DNA of 63,368 nucleotides, counting the filler, from Octopus bimaculoides (lineage: Eukaryota): the NCBI RefSeq assembly GCF_001194135.2. It is 5 parts of 5 records of this genome, joined end to end, with 100 filler letters (N's around TTAATTAATTAA, not from the genome) between each part and the next. Parts side by side here need not be neighbours in the genome. Positions count along the whole stretch, not along the records: positions 61,454 to 63,368 come from NC_068982.1; 4 more parts are not named here. One strand, 5' to 3'. Position 1 is the first letter of the stretch; the number at the start of each line of letters is the position of its first letter. Positions 63,316 to 63,368 of the stretch are shown here, piece after piece. The notes below the pieces were generated by a model. The model made no database searches, was not told where the DNA came from, and saw only the letters and a program-made list of their open reading frames with translations. Made by a program: the position numbers and the translations under genes.

Positions 63316-63368
<53 letters not shown>

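Overview
Eukaryotic draft-assembly window, AT-rich, broken by many N gaps and saturated with microsatellites. The repeat families (tRNA-derived SINEs, Dong/R4, Tx1, CR1 and CRE LINE relics, mariners, Helitron) look like a coleoid cephalopod, probably Octopus; this is inference, no database was consulted. Only one host coding exon is clearly recognisable: the first coding exon of an SLC16/monocarboxylate-transporter (MFS) gene at 44622-44835 (+), whose downstream exons I could not find in the called sequence. Almost all long ORFs in the supplied track are artefacts of microsatellites or N gaps. There is no CRISPR array, rRNA, operon or intact transposase. I found no evidence for a new protein-coding system. 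The best leads are non-coding or mobile-element features: (i) a Helitron whose 3' end is itself a complete 91-bp mini-Helitron; (ii) 'trains' of up to four Dong/R4 lineages and a SINE sharing (TAA)n microsatellites in opposite polarity; (iii) hammerhead-ribozyme-like motifs in short Penelope-like repeats, one with a non-canonical core; (iv) three spacer-less palindromes, each at a gap edge; (v) a three-layer transposon nest; (vi) an ETS/GC-box promoter-like cluster near 59 kb. Element boundaries without TIR/TSD evidence are approximate.
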